Notes: generated by a model from the sequence alone, not told the origin. Positions 1 through 8,937 are shown, numbered from the stretch's first letter. The stretch: 32,000 nucleotides of DNA from Prochlorococcus sp. MIT 0801 (GCF_000757865.1 NZ_CP007754.1:510001-542000); one strand, 5' to 3'. A program made the numbers and translations.

Positions 1-627
1 TATTACATGAGAAATTTGCATTGCTGAATCATCTGCAACAACTACTAAATTGTATAAAGGATCTCCAATTAAATCTGCTGGTGCTCTTCGTGCAATGACC
101 ATGTCACCACCTAAATCTTTTCCACTCCAAGTCATTTTTCCTCGAATTAAGTCATTCCATGTAATTAATTTTTGATCACTGATTTTGAATCTGATAACGG
201 GCTCTCTTCCCGCGTTTATAAATTCTGATTCTTGTTCTGGAGTTAAATTTCTGTGCCTATTATCATATTTTGGAGCTAAACCATTTTTCTTTTGGGTTTC
301 TCTCATTTCTTCGAGTTCATGTTCTGATGCATAACATTTGTATGCAAATCCTTTATCGATAAGAGTTTTTATAATTTGTTTATGTTCATTTACTCTTTCA
401 CTTTGAATCGTTGGGGATTCATCCCAGTTGATTCCTAGCCACTGGAGTCCGTCATATATGTTTTTTATATATTCTTCTTTCGATCTTTCAATATCAGTGT
501 CCTCAATTCTCAAGAGAAAAGTCCCACCTTCTTTTTTTGCAAAAAGCCAGTTAAATAGTGCTGTTCTCGCTGTCCCTAGATGAAGTGTTCCCGTTGGACT
601 TGGTGCCAATCTTACCCTGACTTTCAA
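1..627 (-). CDS. gltX: Glutamyl-tRNA synthetase, N-terminal 209 codons; the CDS runs off the window start
   Basis: My own reverse-strand translation gives (L/M)[48 protein letters not shown]..., a class I HIGH-type motif (TLHLG) with the GluRS N-terminal signature. The only in-frame start is TTG at 627. The frame stays open to position 1. It is absent from the ORF track because it is cut by the window edge. Confidence 0.9.
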   Translation of the reverse strand, partial: MKVRVRLAPSPTGTLHLGTARTALFNWLFAKKEGGTFLLRIEDTDIERSKEEYIKNIYDGLQWLGINWDESPTIQSERVNEHKQIIKTLIDKGFAYKCYASEHELEEMRETQKKNGLAPKYDNRHRNLTPEQESEFINAGREPVIRFKISDQKLITWNDLIRGKMTWSGKDLGGDMVIARRAPADLIGDPLYNLVVVADDSAMQISHVI

Positions 628-648
628 AGCTCTAATTCGATTTAGATA

Positions 649-722
649 CGGGACCGACGGGATTCGAACCCGCAACTTCCGCCGTGACAGGGCGGTGCTC
701 TAACCAGTTGAACTACGGTCCC
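649..722 (-). tRNA. tRNA-Asp (anticodon GTC)
   Basis: The reverse complement folds by hand into a cloverleaf: acceptor GGGACCG/CGGTCCC, D stem GTTC/GAGC, anticodon stem CCGCC/GGCGG with loop CTGTCAC, T stem GCGGG/CCCGT with loop TTCGAAT, discriminator G. No CCA is encoded. Confidence 0.93.
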
Positions 723-923
723 AGCTTTAGGCCTTGAAAAGGATTGTATCTTTTATGAGAAATCCTTCTTAATGACCCAATGAGTATCATCCTAAAAATG
801 CCTTCTAGTCAACTAAGAATTAATATTGTTGACTTAAGAAAACTATCTTCATATGGTTTTTTTCAATCAATTTCTCTGTTAAGAGAGATACTCATGAAAT
901 AAAACTAAATAAGTAGATGAATT

Positions 924-1112
924 TTAAGGACGGAAACCTGCAGGCTCTATAAGCCTAACTTGATTCCCACGAGCTGTGAACTCGCGGCCTTGGTCGCTCT
1001 GCACTACTACACGGCCACCTGATTTAACACGAATAACTCGAGCTCTGACCCAGCCTAATGCGGCTGACTCAAGAACTTTTACGACATCGCCAGGTTGAAG
1101 ATCCAACTCCAT
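924..1112 (-). CDS. Small conserved-looking hypothetical protein (62 aa), possibly a small beta-barrel (SH3/KOW-like)
   Basis: ATG-initiated ORF lying between the two tRNA genes on the same strand. It is about 51% GC by hand count (96 of 189), against AT-rich surroundings. The PGDVVKV...GRVVVQS...VRLIE pattern resembles short beta-strand barrel proteins. I do not recognise the family. Confidence 0.6.
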   Translation of the reverse strand: MELDLQPGDVVKVLESAALGWVRARVIRVKSGGRVVVQSDQGREFTARGNQVRLIEPAGFRP

Positions 1113-1147
1113 TCTTTAAAAAAGTAACTGCGGAAAGGGTTTTCAAA

Positions 1148-1220
1148 CGCGCCGTGGAGGACTTGAACCCCCGACATCAGGTTTTGGAGACCTGCGTTCT
1201 ACCAACTGAACTAACGGCGC
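1148..1220 (-). tRNA. tRNA-Trp (anticodon CCA)
   Basis: Reverse complement: acceptor GCGCCGT/ACGGCGC, D stem GTTC/GAAC, anticodon stem CAGGT/ACCTG with loop CTCCAAA, T stem GGGGG/CCTCC with loop TTCAAGT, discriminator G. Confidence 0.93.
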
Positions 1221-1236
1221 ATTTTATATGCCCTTT

Positions 1237-1259
1237 AAATCATTGTTGAGCAATGATTT
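1237..1259. other. Perfect 9-bp stem / 5-nt loop (AAATCATTG-TTGAG-CAATGATTT) in the 59-nt rplS / tRNA-Trp spacer
   Basis: The inverted repeat was read directly. On the gene (minus) strand no U-run follows it, so it is more likely a processing or stability element than a terminator. On the plus strand it is followed by TTTTATT. Confidence 0.4.
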
Positions 1260-1279
1260 TTATTGAGGAGGCCGAAACC

Positions 1280-1774
1280 TCAGCGGTCGAAGCGCTGCTT
1301 TACGCGTGTGGCTTTGCCCACTCGCTCACGCAGATAGAAAAGCTTCGCTCTTCTTACTTTACCTCGGCGTTCAACCTTAATCGATGCAACTTGTGGACTG
1401 TGAACCAGAAAAATTCTTTCAACTCCTATTCCTTGGAAAATTCTTCTAATTGTAATTGTTTGATGAATTCCGCCATGTCTCTTTGCTATTACAACACCCT
1501 CGTAGGGCTGAACCCTCTCCTTATTGCCCTCACTTATTCGGACACCAACACGAACTGTATCACCAACGTATATGTCAGGAAGATCTTTACTTAGTTGAGC
1601 GTCTTCAAAAGTCTTTATTATTTCAGCAGGAGAAAGATTCTTAATTGAAATTTTCTTTCCTTTGGATTTTGTTTCAGAAGCTTTTTTTACCCCAGAGTTC
1701 TCTGAAGCATTTGATTCATCTTCAATTTTCACCTCTTCTAATGAGGGCTCTTTCGAATCGACTGACATCACCAA
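1280..1774 (-). CDS. rplS: 50S ribosomal protein L19 with an N-terminal extension of about 45 aa
   Basis: The core [84 protein letters not shown] is canonical L19. The ORF is 164 aa, whereas bacterial L19 is typically about 115-120 aa. Confidence 0.95.
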   Translation of the reverse strand: MVMSVDSKEPSLEEVKIEDESNASENSGVKKASETKSKGKKISIKNLSPAEIIKTFEDAQLSKDLPDIYVGDTVRVGVRISEGNKERVQPYEGVVIAKRHGGIHQTITIRRIFQGIGVERIFLVHSPQVASIKVERRGKVRRAKLFYLRERVGKATRVKQRFDR

Positions 1775-2072
1775 TTACTCTTTATTTGGCCGAACTTATA
1801 TTGTAACCGCTGGTTTCTCAAATTAAAAATTTTTTATATATCTGATCTTTTCATCTCTAATGACCATGATTTCCCGATTTAGCTTTTTTTCAGTCATTGA
1901 TTGATCGTTTAAAAAGAAAACCTAGTCTTTTTCAACTTTTTTCTAAAATATGGAAATTTTATTAAAGAAAAGAATTTTTTTAATAAAACTGTCCCTCTTC
2001 GTTTGATAGTTTACCTATTATTAGATTGTTAATAAGGTGCAAATTTTGAGATTTTTACTTTTTCCCTAAACA

Positions 2073-2912
2073 ATGAATCTTTTCTCTGACCTTCTCTCTT
2101 CTGAAAACTCAAAAATTCCTATCAATAAAGGACCTGTAATTAAACAGAGGAGAGGAGTTGAAATTAAGTCTTCAAGAGAGATAGAAATCATGCGTAAATC
2201 CAGCAAAATAGTTGCAACTGTATTGAGTGAAATTAGAGACTTAGTTAAACCTGGAATGTCTACTTTGGATCTAGATAAGTATGCTGAAAAACGAATAAGA
2301 GATCAAAATGCCAAGCCAAGTTTCAAAGGCTATCATGGCTTCCCAGGTAGTATATGTTCAAGCATAAACAATGAAGTTGTTCATGGAATACCTAGTAAGA
2401 AGAAAATTATTAATGATGGAGATTTACTTAAGGTAGATACCGGAGCTTTTTATAATGGTTATCATGGGGATAGTTGTATAACTATATGCGTAGGTAATAC
2501 CTCAGATAAAGCAAATGAATTAAGTAGAGTCGCAAGAAAAGCCTTAATGCTTGGAATAAAACAGATTAAGCCACAAAACAAACTTCTTGATATTGCAGGT
2601 GCTATAGAAGATTATGTCAAAGCTAATGGTTTTAGTGTTGTCGAGGATTATACCGGACATGGAGTGGGTAGGAATCTTCACGAGGAACCTTCGGTGTTTA
2701 ATTTTAGAACGAATGATTTGCCAAACGTCACTCTAAGAGAGGGTATGACTATTGCAGTGGAACCTATAATTAATCTTGGGTCAAAACACTGCAAGACACT
2801 TAGTGATGGATGGACAGTCATTACTAAAGATGGAAATCTATCTGCTCAATGGGAGCATACTGTTTTGGTTACCAAAAATGGTTTCGAGATATTGACTGAT
2901 AGAGGTGATTGA
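2073..2912 (+). CDS. map: Methionine aminopeptidase, type I
   Basis: 279 aa with hallmark MetAP segments: [48 protein letters not shown]. Confidence 0.95.
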   Translation: MNLFSDLLSSENSKIPINKGPVIKQRRGVEIKSSREIEIMRKSSKIVATVLSEIRDLVKPGMSTLDLDKYAEKRIRDQNAKPSFKGYHGFPGSICSSINNEVVHGIPSKKKIINDGDLLKVDTGAFYNGYHGDSCITICVGNTSDKANELSRVARKALMLGIKQIKPQNKLLDIAGAIEDYVKANGFSVVEDYTGHGVGRNLHEEPSVFNFRTNDLPNVTLREGMTIAVEPIINLGSKHCKTLSDGWTVITKDGNLSAQWEHTVLVTKNGFEILTDRGD

Positions 2913-2919
2913 CTTCCTT

Positions 2920-3678
2920 TTAAAGGGGAGTGTTTGAGTAAATTTTATTGATTAATCGTGAATATAATATTCTAATTGATTCAACGAATGGCATTATTAA
3001 ATGTGTTAATGGATTAGGGGATACTATGACTAGGTAAGCCTCTTTTTCTGCTTTTTGGATTATTTTTTTTGCTACAAATTCAGGGCTCATTATTCCTTGT
3101 GGGTTTAATTTCGATTTAAAAGGACCTAAAATTAATTTTTTGATAATAAAATAATTCCTTTTATCCATTAATAATTTGCTTTTTTTTAAACTTATAAGTT
3201 CACCTATTAGACGTTTAGTTATTTCGTATACCGGACTAAAAGCTATTTGAATCTCTGCTTCAGATGTATTTATCCATACTTCCTTCGAATTTTGCTTATT
3301 TAAATTATTTGATAGTGCTAAATCCTCAAATATTTCTACTAATCTCAAATGACTAAGGGAATTGATTTCTAAGGCTTTATTTATTTCATTTGATTCAATC
3401 ATTCCTTTTGGATTAAATCCATGATTAAGTATTAAAATATCAATTTTAGCGAGACGGCTTGAAAGGAGTCTTTCTTTTCCACAGGACCAGAGAATCCATT
3501 CATCAGGTTCGCCTCCTTCCGCGTTACTATTATTTCTTCTGTCATGAGTTAAACCAATTACATAAGCCCCTTTTTTTTTCAGCACCTCAATAAGTGCTTT
3601 GCCTAGGCTTCCATTCGAACCTGTTATGGCAATTTTTAAACCTTTAAACCTTGAGTTGTCTGACAATCTTTTGGTCAC
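2920..3678 (-). CDS. Short-chain dehydrogenase/reductase family oxidoreductase
   Basis: N-terminal glycine-rich dinucleotide motif ITGSNGSLGKAL, an NHG segment, and a YxxxK catalytic motif (YEITK). The substrate is unknown. Confidence 0.75.
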   Translation of the reverse strand: MTKRLSDNSRFKGLKIAITGSNGSLGKALIEVLKKKGAYVIGLTHDRRNNSNAEGGEPDEWILWSCGKERLLSSRLAKIDILILNHGFNPKGMIESNEINKALEINSLSHLRLVEIFEDLALSNNLNKQNSKEVWINTSEAEIQIAFSPVYEITKRLIGELISLKKSKLLMDKRNYFIIKKLILGPFKSKLNPQGIMSPEFVAKKIIQKAEKEAYLVIVSPNPLTHLIMPFVESIRILYSRLINKIYSNTPL

Positions 3679-3828
3679 TTAGTTGAATTCATTGTATTTT
3701 ATGTGAAAAAGTTAGGAATTACTGGAGAATATTTGTCTAATTAGAATTTTATACAGATTTAGTGTTGAGAACTTTTTCAAAAAGCCTAAACTTATAGAGT
3801 TATTCATCTCCCATCAGGTCTTTAATTA

Positions 3829-4920
3829 ATGAGCAAGACCTTTCTAATTGGATCATGTGAACCATTTAGCGGTAAGTCGGCATTAGTTCTTGGCATAGCA
3901 AGAAATTTAATTGCTTCAAATCATGTGGTTAGATTTGGTAAACCATTAGCCACAAGCCTTGAATTAAATGTCTCTGAAAGAGGAGACATTCAAGATATGA
4001 TCGATGATGATGTTAGGTTCGTTGGGGAGACATTACAATTATCTGCTGAGAATTTAATTCCTTCCATTCAATTTTTGGCGGCTTCTACTGCTAGCGAGAG
4101 GATTCAAGAGAATATCTTAGATCCGGGGATAAAATTTGATGAGTTCCATCAATCTCTTGATTCTTCTAGTGATGCTATCAATATTCTTGAAGCAGCAGGT
4201 AGTTTGCATGAGGGACTATTGTATGGATTAAGTCTCACTCAACTTGCGAAACGTTTAAACGCTAAGGTTTTACTTGCTCATTTCTGGCAGGATAGTAGAA
4301 GTGTTGAAGCTTTACTGGAGGCTAAAAATCAGCTAGGAGATCATCTCAGTGGTGTTGTCTTAAATGCTGTTAACCCTGATCAAATCAAAGATATTAAAGA
4401 AAATATAGTTCCATCTCTTAAGGCATTAGGTTTAGATGTATTTGGAGTAATGCCTAGGTCTCCTTTGTTGAGGAGTGTCACTGTTGAAGAATTGGTGAGA
4501 CGTTTAAATGCTCGAGTTATTTGTTGCTCTGACAGGCTTGAGTTAATGGTTGAGACATTAAGTATTGGAGCAATGAGTGTTAATTCTGCAATGGAATTTT
4601 TTCGAAAAAGGCGCAATATGGCCGTAGTGACTGGAGCAGATCGAACAGATATCCAATTGGCGGCTTTGGAAGCGTCGACTCAATGTCTAATATTGACAGG
4701 TGCTGGCGAACCATTACCACAATTGATTAACAGATCAGAAGAGTTAGATGTTCCATTGCTAAAAGTCGATAGAGATACTCTTTCAACAGTTGAGGTTATT
4801 GAACAAGCATTTGGTCATGTTCGTCTTCATGAGACAGTCAAAGCTACTTATGCTTTTCGATTAGTACAAGAACATTGTGAACTTGATCGAATCTTAAAAA
4901 CTTTAGGAATTTCTTCTTGA
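3829..4920 (+). CDS. Stand-alone phosphotransacetylase N-terminal-like protein (BioD-like P-loop domain plus DRTGG domain) with no Pta catalytic domain
   Basis: N-terminus MSKTFLIGSCEPFSGKSALVLGIARNL resembles the Pta/BioD-like N-terminal domain. The C-terminal part carries a DRTGG-type segment (VVTGADRTDIQLAALEASTQCLILTG). At 363 aa it is too short to include a PTA_PTB domain. Confidence 0.75.
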   Translation: MSKTFLIGSCEPFSGKSALVLGIARNLIASNHVVRFGKPLATSLELNVSERGDIQDMIDDDVRFVGETLQLSAENLIPSIQFLAASTASERIQENILDPGIKFDEFHQSLDSSSDAINILEAAGSLHEGLLYGLSLTQLAKRLNAKVLLAHFWQDSRSVEALLEAKNQLGDHLSGVVLNAVNPDQIKDIKENIVPSLKALGLDVFGVMPRSPLLRSVTVEELVRRLNARVICCSDRLELMVETLSIGAMSVNSAMEFFRKRRNMAVVTGADRTDIQLAALEASTQCLILTGAGEPLPQLINRSEELDVPLLKVDRDTLSTVEVIEQAFGHVRLHETVKATYAFRLVQEHCELDRILKTLGISS

Positions 4921-4960
4921 GTTCATCAATAATGGCTAGCTTTATATTATCTGAATTAGG

Positions 4961-5479
4961 ATGTCCTTGAGCCGATCACTCGATCTTCCTGCATTGGGAC
5001 GAGTTGATACTCTCGCTCAGGAATTGGCCTTGTTGAAAAACGAGGGAAAAAGAAGAATTGCTTTTTTAGGTAGTCGGCATGTACCTGTCGTTTCTATTCA
5101 TATAGTTGAATTAATAGCTAGGTCTTTGGCTCAAGAGGGCCATTCTATAATCACTTCAGGTTCTCAAGGTGTAAATGCTGCAGTAATTAGAGCGGTACTG
5201 GATGTTAATCCCTCTCTCTTAACTGTTTTGTTGCCTCAGTCTCTTGATAGACAAACTGCGGAGGTTAAGGATCTTCTTGGTAGCGTTTTACATCTAATAG
5301 AGAAAGAAGACAATAATGATTTTCCTTTGCCAATGGCAAGCAGTCTTTGTAATCAAGAAATTATTAACAGATGTGATCAATTGATTTGTTTCGCATTTCA
5401 TGACAGTGAAACATTATTGAGTAGTTGTCATAGTGCTGAAGATATGGGGAAAGTAGTGAGCCTGATGTTTTTTGATTGA
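4961..5479 (+). CDS. Single-domain DprA/Smf-like Rossmann-fold (SLOG superfamily) protein
   Basis: IAFLGSRHVP...LAQEGHSIITSGSQGVNAAVIRAVLD...TVLLPQSLDR matches the DprA core pattern (GSR...SG.A.G.D.A...L..G.D). It is only 172 aa, so the accessory SAM and winged-helix DprA domains are absent. Confidence 0.65.
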   Translation: MSLSRSLDLPALGRVDTLAQELALLKNEGKRRIAFLGSRHVPVVSIHIVELIARSLAQEGHSIITSGSQGVNAAVIRAVLDVNPSLLTVLLPQSLDRQTAEVKDLLGSVLHLIEKEDNNDFPLPMASSLCNQEIINRCDQLICFAFHDSETLLSSCHSAEDMGKVVSLMFFD

Positions 5480-5604
5480 TTTTCAATCAAAGACAATCAT
5501 CTACTTCTGGATAGTTCTTCTTAACTTGCGAAATATCTCATAAGTATATTTACAAGCAATTTGCGTTTTTTTTTATAAAATGGTGAAAACAAAGAGAAAT
5601 TTTT

Positions 5605-6102
5605 ATGCCCTCTTCTTATTCTTTTGATGTGGTTTCAGAATTTGATCAGCAGGAATTAGTAAATGCTATTGATCAATTGAGGAGAGAAGTTGATCAAAGG
5701 TATGATCTAAAAGACTCAAAGACAAAAATAGACATTAAAGAAGATGAACTATCAATTATTTCTCTTAGCGATATGACAATTGAATCAGTAAAGGATATTT
5801 TATTACAAAAAGCTACTAAAAGAAATTTATCCTTAAAGATATTTGATTTTCAAAAGATTGAAATTATAGGAGGAAACATGGTAATGCAAATTGTTAAATT
5901 AAGGAAAGGACTGTCTCAAGAAACTTCAAAAAAATTAAGTAAGTTAGTTCGAGATAATATGAAGAAAGTAACTGCATCAATTCAGGGAGAAAGTTTGAGA
6001 ATCACAGGTAAAAATAAAGATGATTTGCAATCTGCAATTAGTTTAATTAAGACAATGGAGGATGAATTGGATATAGCTATTCAATTTCAAAATTATAGAT
6101 AG
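5605..6102 (+). CDS. yajQ: YajQ family nucleotide-binding protein (UPF0234)
   Basis: MPSSYSFDVVSEFDQQELVNAIDQLRREVDQRYDLKDS... and the C-terminal ...QFQNYR align along their full length with E. coli YajQ as I recall it. Confidence 0.9.
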   Translation: MPSSYSFDVVSEFDQQELVNAIDQLRREVDQRYDLKDSKTKIDIKEDELSIISLSDMTIESVKDILLQKATKRNLSLKIFDFQKIEIIGGNMVMQIVKLRKGLSQETSKKLSKLVRDNMKKVTASIQGESLRITGKNKDDLQSAISLIKTMEDELDIAIQFQNYR

Positions 6103-6152
6103 TTTAAGAATACATAAATATATAAAAACTTTAGTTGTTCAGTTTTTTTATC

Positions 6153-6347
6153 ATGGATCAGTTAATACAAAAACTTTCTAAAAAAGCAATTGACTTATCT
6201 GGAAAGTCAAAAAAAGAACTAGAAAGAACATGTTGGATGATAGTACATGAGTTTAAGCATGGGACAATGCCAACTGAATATGATATTAGAGAGATTGACG
6301 AAGAACTATATTTAGAGGTTTTAAGAATTGCTAAAGAGATGATTTGA
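6153..6347 (+). CDS. Small hypothetical protein (64 aa from ATG 6153; the track's TTG at 6135 is an alternative start)
   Basis: An ORF with charged, helical-looking sequence (MDQLIQKLSKKAIDLSGKSKKELERTCWMIVHEF...), co-directional with its neighbours. I do not recognise the family. Confidence 0.5.
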   Translation: MDQLIQKLSKKAIDLSGKSKKELERTCWMIVHEFKHGTMPTEYDIREIDEELYLEVLRIAKEMI

Positions 6348-6485
6348 TTAAATAAGGTAGGAAATTTTTAGTTCACCAAATGATTTTCTTGCTGATTTTT
6401 AAATATTAGGTAATTATTTTTTCTACCTAACAAATTACACAATATTGTCTAAATCAACATAAAATCTATTTAGATAATATTTTTT

Positions 6486-7292
6486 ATGACAACTCCATTT
6501 CGTAATGTGACTCCGAATGGACCTGGTAGTACAACAACTCTTCTACTTGTCCTTGGCTTTACTGGTTTTTTATTTCTTACTCAAGCATTCTTTGTCGTCC
6601 CCGCTGGTCAGGTTTCAGTAGTAACGACATTAGGGAAAGTAAGCGGTGGATCACGTAAACCTGGTTTGAATTTCAAAGTTCCTTTTGTACAAAATACCTA
6701 TCCATTTAACGTTCAAACTCAAGTTAGACCTGAAAAATTTGATTCATTAACAAAAGATTTGCAAGTTATTTCTGCAACCGCCACTGTTAAATATGCTCTA
6801 AAACCCAATGAGGCTGGAAGAGTCTTTAAAACTATCTCTTATAACGATAGAGAGATTTATAACAGGATAATTCAACCATCACTACTTAAAGCCCTTAAGT
6901 CAGTCTTCTCAAAGTATGAGTTGGTAACCATAGCTAGTTCTTGGAGTGATATTTCAGAATTAGTTGAGGATACGGTTGCAGAGGAACTAAATAAGTTTGA
7001 CTATGTGGATGTTCAATCTCTTGATTTAACTGGTTTAACAATTGCAGATGAATATCGAGCAGCTATTGAAGAAAAACAAATTGCAGAGCAAAAACTTTTA
7101 AGAGCTCAAACTGAAGTTAAAATTGCTGAGCAAGAAGCTCTCAGATACGACACATTAAATAAAAGTCTTGATGATCAAGTTCTTTTTAAATTGTTTTTAG
7201 ATAAGTGGAATGGTGAGACACAAGTTGTTCCTTCTTTGCCAGGAACTACCTCAGGAAATGTTCCAGTTATTGTAGGGGGAAGAAATAGATAG
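6486..7292 (+). CDS. SPFH/band-7 (prohibitin-like) membrane protein
   Basis: An N-terminal TM helix followed by VPAGQVSVVTTLGKVSG...PGLNFKVPF (SPFH core), then a coiled-coil region AAIEEKQIAEQKLLRAQTEVKIAEQEA. Confidence 0.88.
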   Translation: MTTPFRNVTPNGPGSTTTLLLVLGFTGFLFLTQAFFVVPAGQVSVVTTLGKVSGGSRKPGLNFKVPFVQNTYPFNVQTQVRPEKFDSLTKDLQVISATATVKYALKPNEAGRVFKTISYNDREIYNRIIQPSLLKALKSVFSKYELVTIASSWSDISELVEDTVAEELNKFDYVDVQSLDLTGLTIADEYRAAIEEKQIAEQKLLRAQTEVKIAEQEALRYDTLNKSLDDQVLFKLFLDKWNGETQVVPSLPGTTSGNVPVIVGGRNR

Positions 7293-7310
7293 TAATTAAA
7301 TATAAATAAT

Positions 7311-7350
7311 AAAAAAAACCAATTTAATTTTTTTTGAGTTGGTTTTTTTT
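7311..7350. terminator. Bidirectional intrinsic terminator between the convergent SPFH gene and hemL
   Basis: AAAAAAAACCAA (7311-7322) and TTGGTTTTTTTT (7339-7350) are perfect reverse complements around a 16-nt loop. Either strand therefore gives a hairpin followed by a U-run. The stem is AT-rich, which is usual for this genome. Confidence 0.5.
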
Positions 7351-8647
7351 ATTTAATTTCAGAAAAGCTTTCTTGAAAAGCTTTTATTGTGGAAGTTATA
7401 TCATCTTCAGAATGTGCGAGTGAGGTAAAGCCAGCTTCAAATGCACTTGGAGCTAAGTAAATCCCTTTTTGAAGCATGATTCTATGCAGTTTGCTGAAAA
7501 GCTCACTATCAGTAGATTTAGCTTCTTCAAAGTTTCTAACTGGTCCTTCACAGAGATAAAAACCAAACATAGCGCTAATGCTTTGACCATGAATGGCAAA
7601 GTTTGATTCTTTAGCAGCTTTAACGATTCCATCGACAAGCTTTTTCGTAAGAGCTTCTAATTTTTCATAGGTACCTTCTTGTTTGAGGAGCTCAAGAGTT
7701 TTTATACCAGCTGTCATGGCTAGAGGATTGCCGCTTAACGTACCGGCTTGATACATAGGACCAGAAGGCGAAACCATTGACATGATCTCCTTGCGACCTC
7801 CATAGGCTCCTACTGGAAGTCCTCCTCCAATCACCTTGCCCAAAGTGGTTAAGTCAGGAGTTACTCCAAAACGCTCTTGGGCACCTCCATAGCTGATTCT
7901 AAAACCAGTCATTACTTCATCAAAAACTAAAAGAGCTCCATTCTCTCGCGTTACCTCTCTTAATCCTTCTAAAAAACCAGGTTCAGGGGTGATAAAGCCT
8001 GCATTCCCTACAACAGGCTCAAGGATGACTCCAGAAATAGCATCTGGGTTTTCAGCGAAAAGCTCTTTTACAGCTTCAAGATCGTTATAAGGAGCAGTAA
8101 GTGTATTGGCGGTTGTACTTCTTGGCACACCTGGTGAGTCTGGTAACCCAAGTGTTGCTACTCCTGAACCAGCTTTCACCAAAAACATATCTGCATGCCC
8201 GTGATAGCAACCCTCGAACTTGATAACTTTATCCCTGCCAGTAAAAGCTCTCATTAGCCGAAGAACTGCCATACAAGCTTCCGTTCCGCTATTGACAAAC
8301 CGGACCATCTCAACGCTTGGGACAGCATCTATAACCATCTCAGCAAGCTTGTTCTCGAGAAAACAAGGCGCTCCAAAACTTGTGCCTTTCTCAAGTGTCT
8401 CTTGAAGGGCTGCAATTACCTCGGGGTGGGCATGTCCACAAATCGCTGGTCCCCAGCTGCCAACATAATCGATGTATCTGTTTCCATCAACATCCCAGGC
8501 ATAAGGACCTTTAACTCGATCAAAAACGATTGGATCTCCCTCAACAGATTTGAAAGCTCTTACAGGTGAACTGACTCCACCAGGCATCAAATCTTTGGCA
8601 GCACCAAAAATCTCTTCAGATCTTTTTGTGTTCAACGCGTCTGTCAC
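7349..8647 (-). CDS. hemL: Glutamate-1-semialdehyde 2,1-aminomutase
   Basis: 432 aa with [43 protein letters not shown] and [10 protein letters not shown] (PLP lysine region). The start is GTG at 8647, preceded by GAGGTG. Confidence 0.97.
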   Translation of the reverse strand: MTDALNTKRSEEIFGAAKDLMPGGVSSPVRAFKSVEGDPIVFDRVKGPYAWDVDGNRYIDYVGSWGPAICGHAHPEVIAALQETLEKGTSFGAPCFLENKLAEMVIDAVPSVEMVRFVNSGTEACMAVLRLMRAFTGRDKVIKFEGCYHGHADMFLVKAGSGVATLGLPDSPGVPRSTTANTLTAPYNDLEAVKELFAENPDAISGVILEPVVGNAGFITPEPGFLEGLREVTRENGALLVFDEVMTGFRISYGGAQERFGVTPDLTTLGKVIGGGLPVGAYGGRKEIMSMVSPSGPMYQAGTLSGNPLAMTAGIKTLELLKQEGTYEKLEALTKKLVDGIVKAAKESNFAIHGQSISAMFGFYLCEGPVRNFEEAKSTDSELFSKLHRIMLQKGIYLAPSAFEAGFTSLAHSEDDITSTIKAFQESFSEIK

Positions 8648-8905
8648 AGCACCTCAGCGAATGAGCTCATAAACACAGTCCGTCATAATGGCCTAAAAGT
8701 GACTGATTCGTCTAAATTTTTGAATCTGTTCAGCATCTGGTTATTTTTTTTAATCCTTAATAAAGTCTATCTTCCTAATTGAATTTAATCTTAAAAACAA
8801 GTAACAGTAAGACTTTCTTGGATATGACGCCCTTTGATTTCAATTGTTTTTGGCTAATTGTAAATTTTTGATTTGTTAATTCTGTGATGATTTGAAAATA
8901 GAAAA

Positions 8906-8937
8906 AAAATGAATTTTTTAGAAGAAAAATTCATTTT
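8906..8937 (-). terminator. AT-rich hairpin overlapping the xthA stop codon, followed by a U-rich tract
   Basis: AAAATGAATTTTT (8906-8918) and AAAAATTCATTTT (8925-8937) are perfect 13-nt reverse complements with a 6-nt loop. On the minus strand the hairpin is followed by TTTTCTATTTTC. Confidence 0.45.

Noticed and set aside
807-834. AGTCAAC-N14-GTTGACT hairpin as the terminator of the mini-ORF transcript
   Set aside because: The 7-bp stem has a large loop. On the minus strand the nearest T-run (5 T) begins 8 nt after the stem instead of abutting it. This is too weak to call a terminator, so it is mentioned only as a possibility.
649-1220. The segment bounded by tRNA-Asp and tRNA-Trp as a possible tRNA-targeted genomic islet, given its GC anomaly
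   Set aside because: The segment is only about 425 bp. It has no integrase and I could find no direct repeat of either tRNA 3' end. The adjacent rplS core is equally GC-rich, so selection on highly expressed or conserved genes explains the composition better than horizontal transfer.
1058-1249. 63-aa plus-strand ORF from the track
   Set aside because: It runs antisense across the tRNA-Trp gene (1148-1220) and the start of the minus-strand mini-ORF. Its sequence is an artefact of translating tRNA complement. There is no support for it as a gene.
1253-1644. Plus-strand ORFs (1253-1594 and 1456-1644) antisense to rplS
   Set aside because: The opposite strand encodes an unmistakable L19. The antisense translations are low-complexity and Cys/Asn-rich with no recognisable features.
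7453-8405. Short ORFs inside hemL (7453-7638 in an alternative minus frame, 8220-8405 on the plus strand). The same kind of ORF occurs inside hemC (19080-19277, 19395-19586), sigA (20418-20606), priA (22911-23120, 23777-24046), futB (13318-13596, 13877-14086), the PfkB kinase (28719-28919, 29178-29375), purA (30751-30966), the Pta-like gene (4380-4616) and proS (31475-31720)
   Set aside because: All are nested within, or antisense to, long CDSs with strong family signatures. Their lengths of 61-92 aa are what chance open frames would give. None has a motif or a plausible RBS.
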